DNA of 64,000 nt from Octopus vulgaris. Its lineage: Eukaryota. The stretch spans positions 8,432,001-8,496,000 of the forward strand of contig OX597834.1 of the NCBI GenBank assembly GCA_951406725.2, written 5' to 3'. This document shows positions 12,911-27,404 of the stretch, in pieces (position 1 is the stretch's first letter; each line of letters starts with the position of its first letter). The position numbers were made by a program, and so were the translations under genes. Under the pieces are notes generated by a model that searched no databases, was not told the origin of the DNA, and was given only the letters and a program-made list of their open reading frames with translations.

Positions 12911-14384
12911 TATATATATGATGTTTCCAAGAGGAAAGGCACGTTTTTTTGCACCAGCATTTGATTGATACTGCTCATATACTACTCATATATATCCTAG
13001 AAATTAAACCGTAAATTTTATTAAGATGGAACAAGAAGCTATATCCCAAATCGTACTTCTCCCGTGCCTATGTCGTCAACCTCGTAGAGAATGTAAAGCA
13101 CTGAATCCTGCATAAGTCGAGTGTAAAGAAATGTCACAAAATACTATGAGATATTTCTCGTTAGCAATAAAGAGTATAGAAACAAATCACCCGTATTTTA
13201 TCCATAAGTGTTTTTTTCTTCTTCCAAATACATATTATTTAGAAGCTACTTTTACACATTGGCAAAAGCCCGTATATTTATAGGAATGTTTTGTATGAAT
13301 TTCACATGTATGGAATCGGTATTTTACGTAATCTAAAGTGTGTTTGTTAATGACAAAGTAATTGCGCGCGATTTTAATTTGAGTGTAAATATGCGAAGAA
13401 TAGCGCATTAGTGCATATTTCTGTCGTTGATAAAATGACGATACAATCCACACAAATCATAATTAGCAAAATGCGCAGTTTTACCGCTTACTAATTAAAT
13501 GGTCGTATTTGACTCAAAACAATGATACTAATAAAGCATTGGTCTTTGTCTGTCTCAGCAGTAATTATGGCACCAACCACACAATTTATAATTAGAAAAT
13601 GATCATTCTGTCGTTTTAGGAAATAAATGGTAGAATTTAATGTTAAACAGTGGTATTCTTAAAGCCGAGCATTATTAGAAAATAATGACACTATATTTTG
13701 GCATTAAATGGTGGAATTTTCCTATAAACATTGCTGCAATTGAAGGTTGAGACTCCTCGCAGAGATACTGAAACCATAATTAGAAGTACTAATTGATATA
13801 TTCATATTTATATTCATTGGACGGTTGGTTTTTGTAGCTTTTAAAAGGAGAGCATGATTCATGTGTTACCGCTCAATTTGTGTCAGTATCACAGTGGGAT
13901 GTTACTGGCCACACGAAAAACAGCAATTAGTGAAGCATCAGTCACAGAGCAGATAATTAATTACTTATATGTACAGGTATTTAGCGGGAGCTATCAATTG
14001 ATCATTAAGCACACACCTGCATTCTGAGATACTGGCCACGGTGTATAGCATAATAATTAAGAACAGAAAGAGACGCAAGATCACAGCAATTTCCTGGAGT
14101 AAAATCTCCATAAAATCGCCGGCAGTAGTTCACTTAGAGTTATGAGATGCAGGGCGTGTTCCTCAACTTTAAAGTCAACGTTAGCAATATTTGATCACCC
14201 AACATGAAAAAAAAAACCTAATTAAATGTAACACAGCGTTTGGCCAATCACTCGACCAATTCCGACAGTCAACAGGACATTTAAAAGTAAATATGTAATC
14301 TCCGAGATTATGGAAAATAATTCTAGTGACGCTAGACACATGAGCATATAATGTCGACGGTGATATTTTCTATGAAGAAAAGGA

Positions 14385-14385
<1 letters not shown>

Positions 14386-14416
<31 letters not shown>

Positions 14417-14420
14417 TAGC

Positions 14421-14473
<53 letters not shown>

Positions 14474-14800
14474 AAGGAGGAGACGAAGAAGAAGAAGAAG
14501 AGAAGAAGGAAGAAGAAGAAGAAGAAGAAAGAGAAGAAGGAAGAAGAAGAAGAAGAAGAAGAAGAAGAAAGAGAAGAAGAAGAAAAAGAAGAAGAAGAAG
14601 TGAAGAAGAAGAAGAAGAAGAAGAAGAAGAAGAAGAAGAAGAAAAAGAAGAAGAAGAAGAAGAAGAAGAAAAAGTAGAAGAAGAAGAAGAAGAAGAAGAA
14701 GAAGAAGAAGAAGAAGAAGAAGAAGAAGAAGAAGAAGAAGAAGAAGAAGAAGGATATGATGACCATGACGACGACCACGATGGTGATGATGATGATGACC
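14386..14800. repeat. Compound microsatellite (CAG)n-(TAG)n-(GAA)n-(GAT)n
   Basis: Direct reading. Confidence 0.95.
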
Positions 14801-14949
14801 GTGACGGTGTCTAGTAAACAGTTACATGGAACTCTGAGCAACAAGTGAAGAATTCTTTCGGCTACAATAAAAGTCTGTGTTTTACTCGCCGCCTTGAGTA
14901 CTCTTTTTACCAATTTGGTTTTTTTATCCTAAGAACTTCTATATATAAT

Positions 14950-15008
14950 GGCGGTGCCCCAGCATGGCCACAGCTCATAGGCTGGAACTGGAATCAATCA
15001 ATCAATCA
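14950..15008 (+). mobile_element. Isolated extreme 3' end of the CR1-like LINE
   Basis: ggcggtgccccagcatggccacagctcataggctggaactggaatcaatcaatc matches the reverse complement of 28361-28434. Confidence 0.7.
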
Positions 15009-15744
15009 TACATATTTGGGTTTCTCAATATGTGTGTGTTTGTGTGTATAGGTGCGCACGAGTTCGTGTTGCTGTGACTCTTACACTGTGAGATCCTCGT
15101 CCACTTGTATGTTATTGTCGGCACTGTAATATTCTTGTCGCCACTATTATGATGTGGCGGTATTCCGCTTCTCTTTATCTTAGGCTCGTCTATCGTGCTA
15201 TCGCTGATAGCTCTCTAAGACAATGACTTGGAAACGCCTACCTGCACAGTAACTCGAACTCGTACATCTCAGGTAACTGACACCGAATCCTACTGAGATT
15301 TCGTGTAACGACTCTACTAATACTGGCCTCCTACAACCACAAACTGTCCAACTTCATACGGACACGGGTTTATATATAAGAGAGGCGGTTGGTCGAAGGG
15401 TTTAGAGAAAACGAAATAAATCACACGAAAATGTTACGAGAATGAAAACTAATCATAATGCTATGGGGAAATACCTATAACTGAAAAAAAAAATATTGAC
15501 GAAGAGACGTGATGCATAACAGAAAGAGAGAGAGAGAGAGAGTGAAATGTATAACAGATGTGTGTACAAGTGACAAAAATGGTCGTTGTGAGCTGAATAG
15601 ACATGCAGTTATTGTAAAAGTATGAGTGACATCACGTAAAAAATGAGTAAATAACAAAGAGAAAGAAAGGGAAGTATAAATATAATATAATTAGGTGATA
15701 CATGGGTGTGCTTGTGTTCGTAGATCTATCTTTATTTGTATGGT

Positions 15745-15799
<55 letters not shown>

Positions 15800-15848
15800 A
15801 TATATGTTTACATACATACAAACACGTATATATATGTATATATATATA

Positions 15849-15884
<36 letters not shown>

Positions 15885-15929
15885 TTTTTCTCTCTCTCTG
15901 TATATATATATAATATATGTATATATATT

Positions 15930-16043
<114 letters not shown>

Positions 16044-16140
16044 ATATATATATGTATATATATATGTGTATATATGTATACATATATACATATCTAAATA
16101 TGCGTGTGTGTATATATGTATACATATATACATATCTAAA

Positions 16141-16199
<59 letters not shown>

Positions 16200-17098
16200 T
16201 AGGCAATCACAAGTAATCCTTAAGTACAAAGTAAAAAGACGAATAGCATTAATAATCGCAAATCGCAAATCGCATTTCGTATTTTGAGCTCATCCTCTGA
16301 GAAAAAGTAATGCTCATTATTAGAATGTCACATCACAATAGAGTCTCTTTGAAGATAAAACGCATTATAATCGGAACCTCACTAATATTTGCAAAGCTAA
16401 TATTAGGAAACTATAGATATTATAATATAATCTTCTTTATAGTCCTAATATCCGTACCACCACTGCGGAAATTTTTCGGGAACTGATAAGTAAGCATTTT
16501 CGCATTGCATCCGATACGCTTTACTTAATGATTTTCCTTGCGTTGTATTTCAATCGTAATAAAAATTTTATATGCATAATGATTTGATATGGAGCGTTTG
16601 GTCTTTTTTTGCTAGAAACCGACAAAGCCATGTATTTGCTATGGTATTAACTTATGAACCAAATTTCTTCTTTCAGATAAAATGTTGTTGGTGTGTGTTA
16701 AAATTGTCATTAATGAAGATTCGAACATTATAATTGTTCATTCAGATACTCTGGAAAATCACTTCGTGAATTTATTATCCGTACATGTCGGGATATTAAA
16801 GAATGATGCTAACATTCTTCTTTCCCTACAATAATGGTTCCATAAGACGTGATCTGTGTTTCCCGGAGAGACGTAATATTTTATTAGAGACTTAGACAAT
16901 GAATCGGCAGTGTCGTTTCAGTGGAGGAGTGAAATCTCAGGTTCTACTTTGAAATCCGTGCAAGGTCAGTTTTATTTCTATGGTTTCTGTGTGAATGGCA
17001 AAGTCCTAATAAAGCGTATTGGCTTGTGGAATTGCAAGAACATAAAATGATAAGTCTTCCGAGTTCGATTCCAGGCTGTGACCTGGATAATAATAATT

Positions 17099-17174
<76 letters not shown>

Positions 17175-17220
17175 TAATAATAATAATGATAATAATAATT
17201 TTATAATAATAATAATAATA

Positions 17221-17625
17221 AAGGTAAAAAATGATTCTAATTAATGTATCAATACCGGCAGATGACAACGTGTCTCTAAAATAAATGTAGAAACTTTCAA
17301 AATACAAAGACCTGGAAATAGAGGTAACCAGAATGTGGAATCTAAAAACAGAAACAATTCCTATCATAGTAGATGCATTAAGCATGATAAAAAAATATTC
17401 AAACAAATACATAACAAAAACACCAGGACTTACAAACACATATAACATACAGAAAATTGCACTACTAGGCACTGCACACATCCTATGCAGAACACTTTCC
17501 ATACAATAACCATCAGAGCATCACAACAAATCACAGCACATACCTAAGGCACACAGAGCTGCGCTCGGTAGTGAAGTGAAAGCACGCTATAAAAATAAAA
17601 CTACTGAATAATAATAATAATAATG

Positions 17626-17681
<56 letters not shown>
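17221..17681 (+). mobile_element. 3' end of an R4/Dong-like non-LTR retrotransposon in a (TAA)n tract
   Basis: Frame 17237-17509: LINVSIPADDNVSLK..KLSKYKDLEIEVTRMW...QKIALLGTAHILCRTL (RLE C-terminus, with stops), 3' UTR, (TAA)n on both sides. Confidence 0.8.
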
Positions 17682-17682
<1 letters not shown>

Positions 17683-18183
17683 GTATCGAAAAATATCTTA
17701 GGAATGAGAACCTATATATATATATATATATATATATGCATGTATACATCCATGCATGTTTCATTCAAATATCAGATATATACATGCATTCACGCACACA
17801 CACACATATATATAAATATATATATTCATGTATGTATGCATGTATGTACCGTATTCCAAAATATGTTTATTTATCGGTTCATGTTTCATAATTTGGTATC
17901 TACCTATATGTGTGTGTGATATCGCCGGAATACATATCGTATCGTGAATTAGTATCATTTGTAATTATTACAGAAATTGGACCGAGACGTTATGGCATCA
18001 CTTCTATTAGCAATATTCCTGTTGAACATGTAAATTAATTTATTAGTAAAACACAATACATTGCTTTGGAATTCGTCTGCCAACAGTCTTTTTTGGTTAT
18101 ATTTTTCGCATGTTCTTTTTTTCCATTTGTGGTCAGTCTTCTCCGTTGAATCCTTCTATCTTTGCTTATTATTCATTGGTTAA

Positions 18184-18243
<60 letters not shown>

Positions 18244-18244
<1 letters not shown>

Positions 18245-19021
18245 ACAATTGAGGATAAAATCTTTAAAAGAAATTATCAGTAGTCAGCGTGAAAAACCTC
18301 GTAAGAGAAAAAATCCGTAAATTCTTCCTCTTTGAAAATATTCATTTATATTATATTGAGGGTACTACTATTCGTAGATACCAACACGCTAAGAGGGACC
18401 AATGCGGTCAAAACTACTAAAAATAAACAAAATTTTACCGAATGCAAAACTTCAAAACACATCATTTTAAAAAAGAATTCAGTTACATATCACATGTGAT
18501 TTCGCATTTAATGCAGAATATGCATTTCATGTTCATCAGTGCAACAGACTCAAGAAATATAAGAGAAAACATAACATCACAAGCTCGATAGCCAACCGTA
18601 GAATTCGTCGTAGCATGTACGAATGTTTATCTTTACATATCTATGAAAATGGCGGGCTTATTCGCAATGCATTTCGGTAACAAATTGTCTAGTCGGAATA
18701 AAAATTCAGTATTGAACTATTCCGGTGAAAAATATAAATTAACAATTGAGGATAAAATCTTTAAAAGAAATTATCAGTAGTCAGCGTGAAAAACCTCGTA
18801 AGAGAAAAAATCCGTAAATTCTTCCTCTTTGAAAATATTCATTTATATTATATTGAGGGTACTACTATTCGTAGATACCAACACGCTAAGAGGGACCAAT
18901 GCGGTCAAAACTACTAAAAATAAACAAAATTTTACCGAATGCAAAACTTCAAAACACATCATTTTAAAAAAGAATTCAGTTACATATCACATGTGATTTC
19001 GCATTTAATGCAGAATATGCA
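18244..19021 (-). mobile_element. Retrozyme/PLE-like partial tandem: 281-bp direct repeats, period 497 bp, with hammerhead
   Basis: 18244-18524 and 18741-19021 appear identical; no ORF; the block 18242-19285 is bounded by (TA)n. Confidence 0.8.
18482..18545 (-). ncRNA. Type I hammerhead ribozyme
   Basis: Minus strand: gttgca-CTGATGA-acatgaaatgca tattc tgcattaaatgc-GAA-ATCACATGTGAT-A-tgtaac; 12-nt palindromic stem III. Confidence 0.78.
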
Positions 19022-19280
19022 AGTATCGTACACTTTCCGAGGCATTAGTTTGGTAATGGTGGAACTATTTTTAGGCTAACATCACGGTCAAGGGTTACAG
19101 AACCGCAGACACAGAGATTGAGCATATAAACTAAGAATTAAAAACACGATGATAACTGGCCGTTGCTTGTTCATCGCGTAATCAATTTTATTAATTAAAC
19201 AGTAATGCAAATATACTGTGTAGAGAAGACGTATTTTTAATCATAAATTCTATAAAATAACCATGACAAAACAATGTAAA

Positions 19281-19338
<58 letters not shown>

Positions 19339-19339
<1 letters not shown>

Positions 19340-19721
19340 GGAGTGGCTATGTGTTAAGTAGCTTGTTTACCAACCACATAGTTCCGGGTTCAGTCCCACT
19401 GCGTGGCAACTTGGGCAAGTGTATTCTACTATAGCCTCGGGTCGACCAAATCCTTGTGAGTGGATTTGGTAGACGGAAACTGAAAGAAACCCGTCGTATA
19501 TATGTGTTTGTGTGCGAGTATGTTTGTGTGTCTGTGTTTGTCCCCCAAGCATTGTTTGACAACCGATGCTGGTGTGTTTATGTCCCTGTCACTTAGCGGT
19601 TCGGCAAAAGAGACCGATAGAATAAGTACTAGGCTTGCATAGAATAAGTTACGGGGTCAAGTTGCTCGATTAAAGGCGGTGCTCCAGCATGGCCGCAGTC
19701 AATAGACTGAAACAAGTAAAA
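19339..19721 (+). mobile_element. SINE family A
   Basis: Nearly full copy within (TA)n. Confidence 0.9.
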
Positions 19722-19727
19722 TATATA

Positions 19728-19785
<58 letters not shown>

Positions 19786-20303
19786 CCTATATAGTATTGA
19801 CTTATATATATTATATAAAATAATAGTAACTGTCTGTGAAGCAGTTATGCTTATGACTATAGGTATAGTTTGTTGGCTAAAGCAATATAAAAATTGTAAA
19901 GAACATTAGAATTACCCTATATGTATATCTCTGAATTTATAAATGTGCGTATGTGTGTATGTGTGTGTGTGTGAATATTTTTCAGTTTAAATATGTAATG
20001 TAAGCGTGTCTATATGTAGTTCAACGTCAGGCTAAATTTCATTATTCCTCAGGAGTTTTACAAAAGAAGTTGATCATCCGCATATCTGTCTATGAATAGC
20101 CCTTGGCTGTTAGTCAGAAAAGATACTTCGAAACTTGCAGAATATGTCTGTGGCACGTCGGATGTGTTCACCAGTCTAAAAGTCAATTTAGCAGTAGAGA
20201 AAAACATTTAAAAACCTACACATGACCTCACACACGAACATACAAATATCTAAATAAATACATACATGCTCACATCACATACACACACGGAGACACACAC
20301 ACA

Positions 20304-20357
<54 letters not shown>

Positions 20358-20393
20358 TGTATATATGTATATATACATGCATGTATATATGTA

Positions 20394-20430
<37 letters not shown>

Positions 20431-20433
20431 ACG

Positions 20434-20465
<32 letters not shown>

Positions 20466-20605
20466 GATATACATATATATATATGCATGTATATATGTAT
20501 ATATGTACATATATATATGTATATATATATGTATGTATATATATATATATGTATTTACGTAAATATACATATATATTATGTATATATACTTATATATATC
20601 AGATA

Positions 20606-20672
<67 letters not shown>

Positions 20673-21154
20673 ATAAATGTGTGTGTGTGTGTGTATATAT
20701 TCAAGCAGGGCAAATAAATGAAGAGATAAAAAGTGATATCAAAAAAAGTCGGTGTATTTATTCGATATCATAACAATACAATATTTCATTGTATTTATTT
20801 CTAAACAGTAATTCATATTTAAAAATAATTTGTTTCCTTTTATACATTTCCGCATGTGAATGCAAACGTTCACAAACGTACAGACTCTGACATACACATG
20901 TATATGTATATCGCCATCATTCACACTTAATCATAATCACACACTTACGCGCGCAAGCACGCACAAAAAACACAAATAAGTATATGTATTTATGTAGATA
21001 CTTATATAAAAAAATATATCTTTATATACATACACATATAAATAAATATATAGATATGTATATATATATATATATATTTATATATAGGTGTGTAAGTAGC
21101 TGTGTGTGTTTGTACGTATAAATAAATATATATATATAGTTATATATGTCGACA

Positions 21155-21201
<47 letters not shown>

Positions 21202-21310
21202 GCATGTGAACTAGCACAGACACCACACTCCCACACACGTTTAATCTGATAGCTGGGTTTTCTTTTTCCTGATAGAGCACATTTATTTTATGCAAACTAT
21301 AATACTTGAT

Positions 21311-21363
21311 TAAATAATAATAATGATGATGATGATGATGATGATGATAATAATAATAATAAC

Positions 21364-21395
<32 letters not shown>

Positions 21396-21700
21396 TAATA
21401 ATAATAACAATAAAAATAATAATAATGATAATAACAATAATAACAACAACAACAACAAAAACAATAATAATAATATTGATGATAATAATAATAATGATAA
21501 TGATAATAATAATAAGATGGAATAGGTGGAGGACGAATTGGAGAAGAAGAGGAAGAACAACAACCACAGCAACAGCTACTACAATAATAATGATGACAAT
21601 AACAAGAATAATAATTATGATGATGATGATGATGATGATGAGATTGGCCGTAGTGGTCGTGATGACGATAATCATAATGATGATGATGATAATGATATAA
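21311..21700. repeat. Degenerate (TAA)/(TGA)/(CAA) trinucleotide array
   Basis: Direct reading. Confidence 0.9.
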
Positions 21701-22090
21701 GTTATAAAGCATAAATGAGATAAATGCAATGTAAAATACACGAAAAAATTTAAAAAAGTAAACACAGAATATATCGATCCCAGTAGAGATCAATTGATGA
21801 GATCTGAAGCCATGTTTCTGGACTGCGGGTTTTCACTATTCGAAACGACCAACCTACCAAAACAACAACCCACCCCATAACTGTGACTCAAAATATGACC
21901 TCGTCTGCTCTTCCTCTTTCTTCTAATATCAACAATATATGCAAAAATACAATGCAGGGAAAAACCAGGAAAATATCTATTAAAAAATAATAATGAATAT
22001 AGTTACAGTAACAACGATGGTATCATTGTTAACAAATGGGCAAAAAGAAGCCTTCTGCCGGTCAGGAAAAAGCTAGAAAGAACAGCTAAA

Positions 22091-22498
22091 CAGGAGTGGC
22101 TGTGTGGTAAGTAGCTTGTTTACCAACCACATGGTTCCGGGTTCAGTCCCACTGCGTGGCACCTTGGGCAAGTGTCTTCTACTATAGCCTCGGGCCGACC
22201 AAAGCCTTGTGAGTGTATTTGGTAGACGGAAACTGAAAGAAGCCCGTCGTATATATGTATATATATATATGCGTGTGTGTGTTTGTGTGTCTGTGTTTAT
22301 CCTCCCAACATCACTTGACAACCGATGCTGGTGTGTTTATGTTCCCGTTACTTAGCGGTTCGGCAAAAGAGACCGATAGAATAAGTACTGGGCTTACAAA
22401 AAGAATAAGTCCCGGGGTCGAGTTGCTCGATTAAAGGCGGTGCTCCAGCATGGCCACAGTCAAATAACTGAAACAAGTAAAAGAGTAAAAGAGAGAGT
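22091..22498 (+). mobile_element. SINE family A
   Basis: Nearly full copy. Confidence 0.9.
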
Positions 22499-22991
22499 AA
22501 ATATTTCTAGCCACATATTCCTGTATTTCATGAAGAAATGTATATGATTGAAACAGTTATCCTTTACTTTTCATTTGTTTAAGTCATAAAAAATGAGGCC
22601 ATTCTGCAGCACCACATTGAAGTACTTATTGTCAAATGAATGGACCCCAGTATTTATATTTTTAAACAATCTTGGAATTGAATACAGAATGTGACTGTAT
22701 TATCACCGATAGAATATATTATCACAGAGGCATATTCCAAGGAGACAGCCTCTACTCTCTTTATTCTTTTACTCTTTTACTTGTTTCAGTCATTTGACTG
22801 CGGCCATGCTGGAGCACCACCTCTTTTTTAATCGAGCAACTCGACCCCGGGACTTATTCTTTGTAAGCCCAGTACTTATTATATCGGTCTCTTTTGCCGA
22901 ACCGCTAAGTGACGGAGACATAAACACACCAGCATCGGTTGTCAAGTGATGTTAGGGGGACAAACACAGACACACAAACACGCACACACAG

Positions 22992-23044
<53 letters not shown>

Positions 23045-24762
23045 TACGACAGGCTTCTTTCAGTTTCCGTCTACCAAATCCACTCACAAGGCTTTTGTCG
23101 GCCTGAGGCTATAGTAGAAGACATTTGCCCAAGGTGCCACGCAGTGAGACTGAAACTGGAACCATGTGGTTTGTAAACAAGCTACTTACCACAAAGCCAC
23201 TCCTGCGCCTAAATATTTCTAGTCACATATTACTGTATTTCATTAAGAAATTTTATGGTTGATAATGTGTATGATTGAAACATTTATCCTTTACTTTTCA
23301 TTTGTTTCAGTCATTAAAATAATATCATTCTGGGGCACCACATTGAAGTACTTATTGTCAAATGAATAGACCTCAGTATTTATATTTTTAAGCAATCTTG
23401 AAATTGAATACAGAATGTGACTGTATTATCACCGATAGAATATATTATCACAGAGGCATATTCCAAGGAGACAGCCTATACTCTCTTTACTCTTTTACTC
23501 TTTTACTTGTTTCAGTCATTTTACTGCGGCCATGCTGGAGCACCGCCTCTTTTTAATCGAGCAACTCGACCCCGGGACTTATTCTTTGTAAGCCCAGTAC
23601 TTATTCTATCGGTCTCTTTTGCCGTACCGCTAAGTAACGGGGATATAAACACACTAGTATTGGTTGTCAAGTGATGTTGGGGGGACAAACACAGACACAC
23701 AGATCCGTCTACCAAATCCACTCACAAGGCTTTGGTCGGCCTGAGGCTATAGTAGAAGACACTTGCCCAAGATGCCACGCAGTGACACTGAACCTGGAAC
23801 CATGTGGTTTGTAAACAAGCTACTTACCACACAGCCACTCCTGCGCCTAAATATTTCTAGTCACATATTACTGTATTTCATTAAGAAATTTTATGATTGG
23901 TAATGTGTATGATTGAAACATTTATCCCTTACTTTTCATTTGTTTAAGTCATTAAAAATGAGGCCATTCTACGGCACCACATTGAAGTACTTATTGTCAA
24001 ATGAATGGACCCCAGTATTTATATTTTTAAGCAATCTTGAAATTGAATACAGAATGTGACTGTAGAATATATTATCACAGAGGCATATTCCAAGGAGACA
24101 GCATCTACTCTCTTTACTCTTTTACTTGTTTCAGTCATTTGACTGCGGCCATGCTGGAGCACCGCCTTTTTTTAATCGAGCAACTCGACCCCGGGACTTA
24201 TTCTTTGAAAGCCCAGTACTTATTGCATCGGTCTCTTTTGCCGAACCGCCAAGTGACGGGGATATAAACACACCGGCATCGATTGTCAAGTGATGTTAGG
24301 GGGACAAACACAGACACACACACATACATATATACGACGGGCTTCTTTCAGTTTCCGTCTACCAAATCCACTCACAAGGCTTTTGTCGGCTTGAGGCTAT
24401 AGTAGAAGACACTTGCCCAAGGTGCCACGCAGTGGGACTGAACCTGGAACCATGTGGTTTGTAAACAAGCTACTTACCACACAGCCACTCCTGCGCCTAA
24501 ATATTTCTAGTCACATATTACTGTATTTCATTAAGAAATTTTATGGATGATAATGTGTATGATTGAAACATTTATCCTTTACTTTTCATGTGTTTCAGTC
24601 ATAAAAAATGAGGCCATTCTGCAGCACCACATTGAAGTACTTATTGTCAAATGAATAGACCCCAGTATTTATATTTTTAAGCAATCTTGGAATTGAATAC
24701 AGAATGTGACTGTAATATCACCGATAGAATATATTATCACAGAGGCATATTCCAAGGAGACA
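22499..24762. repeat. Tandem array: four ~250-265-bp spacers alternating with three minus-strand family A SINEs
   Basis: Spacers 22499-22749, 23211-23475, 23849-24102, 24499-24762; SINEs 22750-23210, 23476-23848, 24103-24498. Confidence 0.9.
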
Positions 24763-25153
24763 TACTCCCTGTAATGTTGTTTACACTTTCTGTAACCCCC
24801 TTGTCGTTCATGTTGAGGAAACCTGAAGGATATCTCACAGGTTCATAAGGATAAAGAAATACCAAAATTACACCCTGTTTCTTTGTGGATGACTTAAAGC
24901 TTTTTGCAAAGAATATGCATGAGATGAAAAATAGCCTTGACCTAGTTGCAACATTCTCATAGGATGTAGGGTTGGAGTTTGGTCAGGATAGATAATGTTA
25001 TATGGTTATGAAATGGGGGGACACTCTAAACCAGTCTAGTAATACCCCCATCAAATATTTCATTGTTTCTCCTGTATTTGACGAGGAATGCTACAGATAT
25101 CTAAAGAATGAAAATATATTTCACAATGGCACCTATGACAAAACAAGTGTCAC

Positions 25154-26040
25154 TAAGCTCAGTGATAGGCATCTGGTTTTCCTAACTCATATCTCCCTAA
25201 ATATCCACTTTGTTGTGAATGCTATCAATATAAATATTTACGTAAAATCTACTGAAAATTTAATAAATGCACCCAATAACTCTGAGCACCTTTTCAAACT
25301 GTCTAACACCCGTGGACATGTTTACAAAGTCAGGAAGCAGCACAGCTCCCATGACTTTCGGAAACATTTTATCACGCTACGAGATGCTGCAGCATGGAAC
25401 AGACTGCCGGTATCAGTTGTTAGTTGTCGGAGAACTGCATCCTTCAAAACTTCCATGCTTTCTGAGATTCGCCAACTCTACACCTGATTTTCTCCCCTCC
25501 ATACACACGCAAGCATGTATCTGACTCATACACTGTTCGCTTTCCAGACATTTGTACATTACTGCATGTACTTTATGTGCACTTTTGTCAAGTTGTGGTG
25601 CACCTCTTATACTCTTATAATTGTTTCAGTCATTTGACTGCGGCCATGCTGGAGCACCACCTTTAGTCGAGCAAATCGACCCCAGGACTTATTCTTTGTA
25701 ACCTTAGTACTTATTCTATCGGTCACTTTTGCCAAAATGCTAAGTTACGTGGACGTAAACACACCACCATCGGTTGTCAAGCGATGTTGTGGGGAGACAA
25801 GCACAAACACATAAACACGCACACACACACACACACATACATATATACATATACACATATACGACGGGCTACTTTCAGTTTCCGTCTACCAAATCCGCTC
25901 ACATAGCTTCTTGCCCAAGTTGCCACGCAGTTGGACTGAACCCGGAACCATGTGGTTGGTAAGCAACCTACTTGCCACACAGTCACTCCTGCGCCTATTA
26001 GCACTGTATACAATAATTTCATTATTATTATATATTTTTA
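25154..26040 (+). mobile_element. Nested insertion containing the 3' end of a CR1-like LINE with (ATT)n tail, itself interrupted by a SINE
   Basis: TRGHVYKVRK...RKHFITLRDAAAWNRLP...ASFK C-terminal motif. Confidence 0.75.
25604..25996 (-). mobile_element. SINE family A (internal deletion)
   Basis: Matches the family. Confidence 0.88.
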
Positions 26041-27404
26041 AAGAATATTACAGCCGAATAAAGAAAATTTGGACCACAGAATTCTCTGTATTCAATAAAA
26101 CAATCGCCCACAATATGTTTGCAGTGCCAGTACTCATACCAACGTTTAGGATGCTTGATTGGATGCTTGAGAAGCTCCAAGCCATTGATGGGAAAACTCA
26201 AAAAATACTAACAAGCACACATAAATCCCATATAAACTTTGAAGTACACCGCTCCTATCAACGACAAAAAGAAGGCGGCGGAAGTTTAGCCTCAATCCAA
26301 AATGCCTTAGAATGTCGTATCATGTCCCTTCGGCAACATCTTTTAACCACCAAGTGTAGAAGTGCATCCCTTGACCAAGTTGTCATACATGAGGCTGGTA
26401 ACATAATATGGCTTGGAAGGCAGCTCCCTGAGCAGAAGACTATACATGGATATGCTATTAGAAACTCCGAGATGAAAATAACATCGATCACCAGAGCAGT
26501 TTATTGTGGACCAATAACCGGATTACTACTTCCCACTCTGAAGGGAATGCAATTGCAATCCAGGAACAGGAAGTATCAGCCATTTACCTGATGCACAACC
26601 AATGCAGACTTTGTGCAGTTCACACTGAAGATATCAGCCACATCATGAGCAGTTGTCCGTAAATGTCATTACTGTATTATCTACCGATGAGACATGTTGT
26701 TTTTGCTACGACACCCTATAATAAAATCTTTTTGGAAGGATTATCTCTAGGATAAAGAAATAAGTATCCACATTGTAGTAGGATCCATAGCCACTCACAA
26801 TGAAAAGGAATACTGGTGGAATGTCCCGGTGAAGACCTCAATAAAATGTAAGCATAACAGACCCGATATAAGGATTTGGGATAGAGAATGAAAACTGTGC
26901 ACAGTTTCCATTCTCTAGCGGATGTTAACATAAAACAGAAGATCAGTGAAAAAGAGAACACCCATTATGTCTTGGAGCCGATTTGTTTGATTAAAGACGG
27001 TACTCCAGCTTGGCCGTAGTAAAATAATTGGGAAAAATAAAACAATAAAAGAATGTATGTACGTTTATTAATTCGTTCTGCAAGATTCCTGATATCAAAT
27101 TTTGTGTTGAAAGAATTTTTTTGTATTTCGGGAATGTCATCCTTTTCGTCTTTTTGCCAAATAAACACACGCACGATATATTTTTCTTCACTCGTTTAGT
27201 ACTGTTCTTATATTATTATTTTCAAATTCTGTCCCTTTTCCGGATATCATTCATCACACATCATTCACCTCGAGTATGTTCTTTTCCAGTTACTAAATTT
27301 TGTTATGCTAAGATGTGTATACTTCTGTGCGCATGCTTTTGTGTGCATTTTTTGTGTGTGTGTCCGTGTATGTATGTGTGTATGTGTGTGTATATATAGT
27401 TGTA

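Larger units (their letters stand above)
24725..26962 (+). pseudogene. Degenerate R4/Dong-like non-LTR retrotransposon (RT, CCHC, restriction-like endonuclease), interrupted at 25154-26040
   Basis: HRGIFQGD, FVDDLKLFA, KEGGGSL, CRLC....EDISHIMSSC, WWNVPVKTSIKCKHNRPDI; stops and frameshifts. The frame KTSVT|KEYYSRIKKIW rejoins across the insertion. Confidence 0.85.

Noticed and set aside
15153-15631. Possible solo LTR (TG...CA, TATA-like box)
   Set aside because: No matching TSD and no second copy.
20020-20060. CTGAGGA...GAAA on the minus strand
   Set aside because: No stem II or III and no stem I pairing.
22499-24762. CRISPR-like repeat/spacer appearance
   Set aside because: Units are hundreds of bp, the spacers are themselves repeated, the context is eukaryotic and there are no cas genes.
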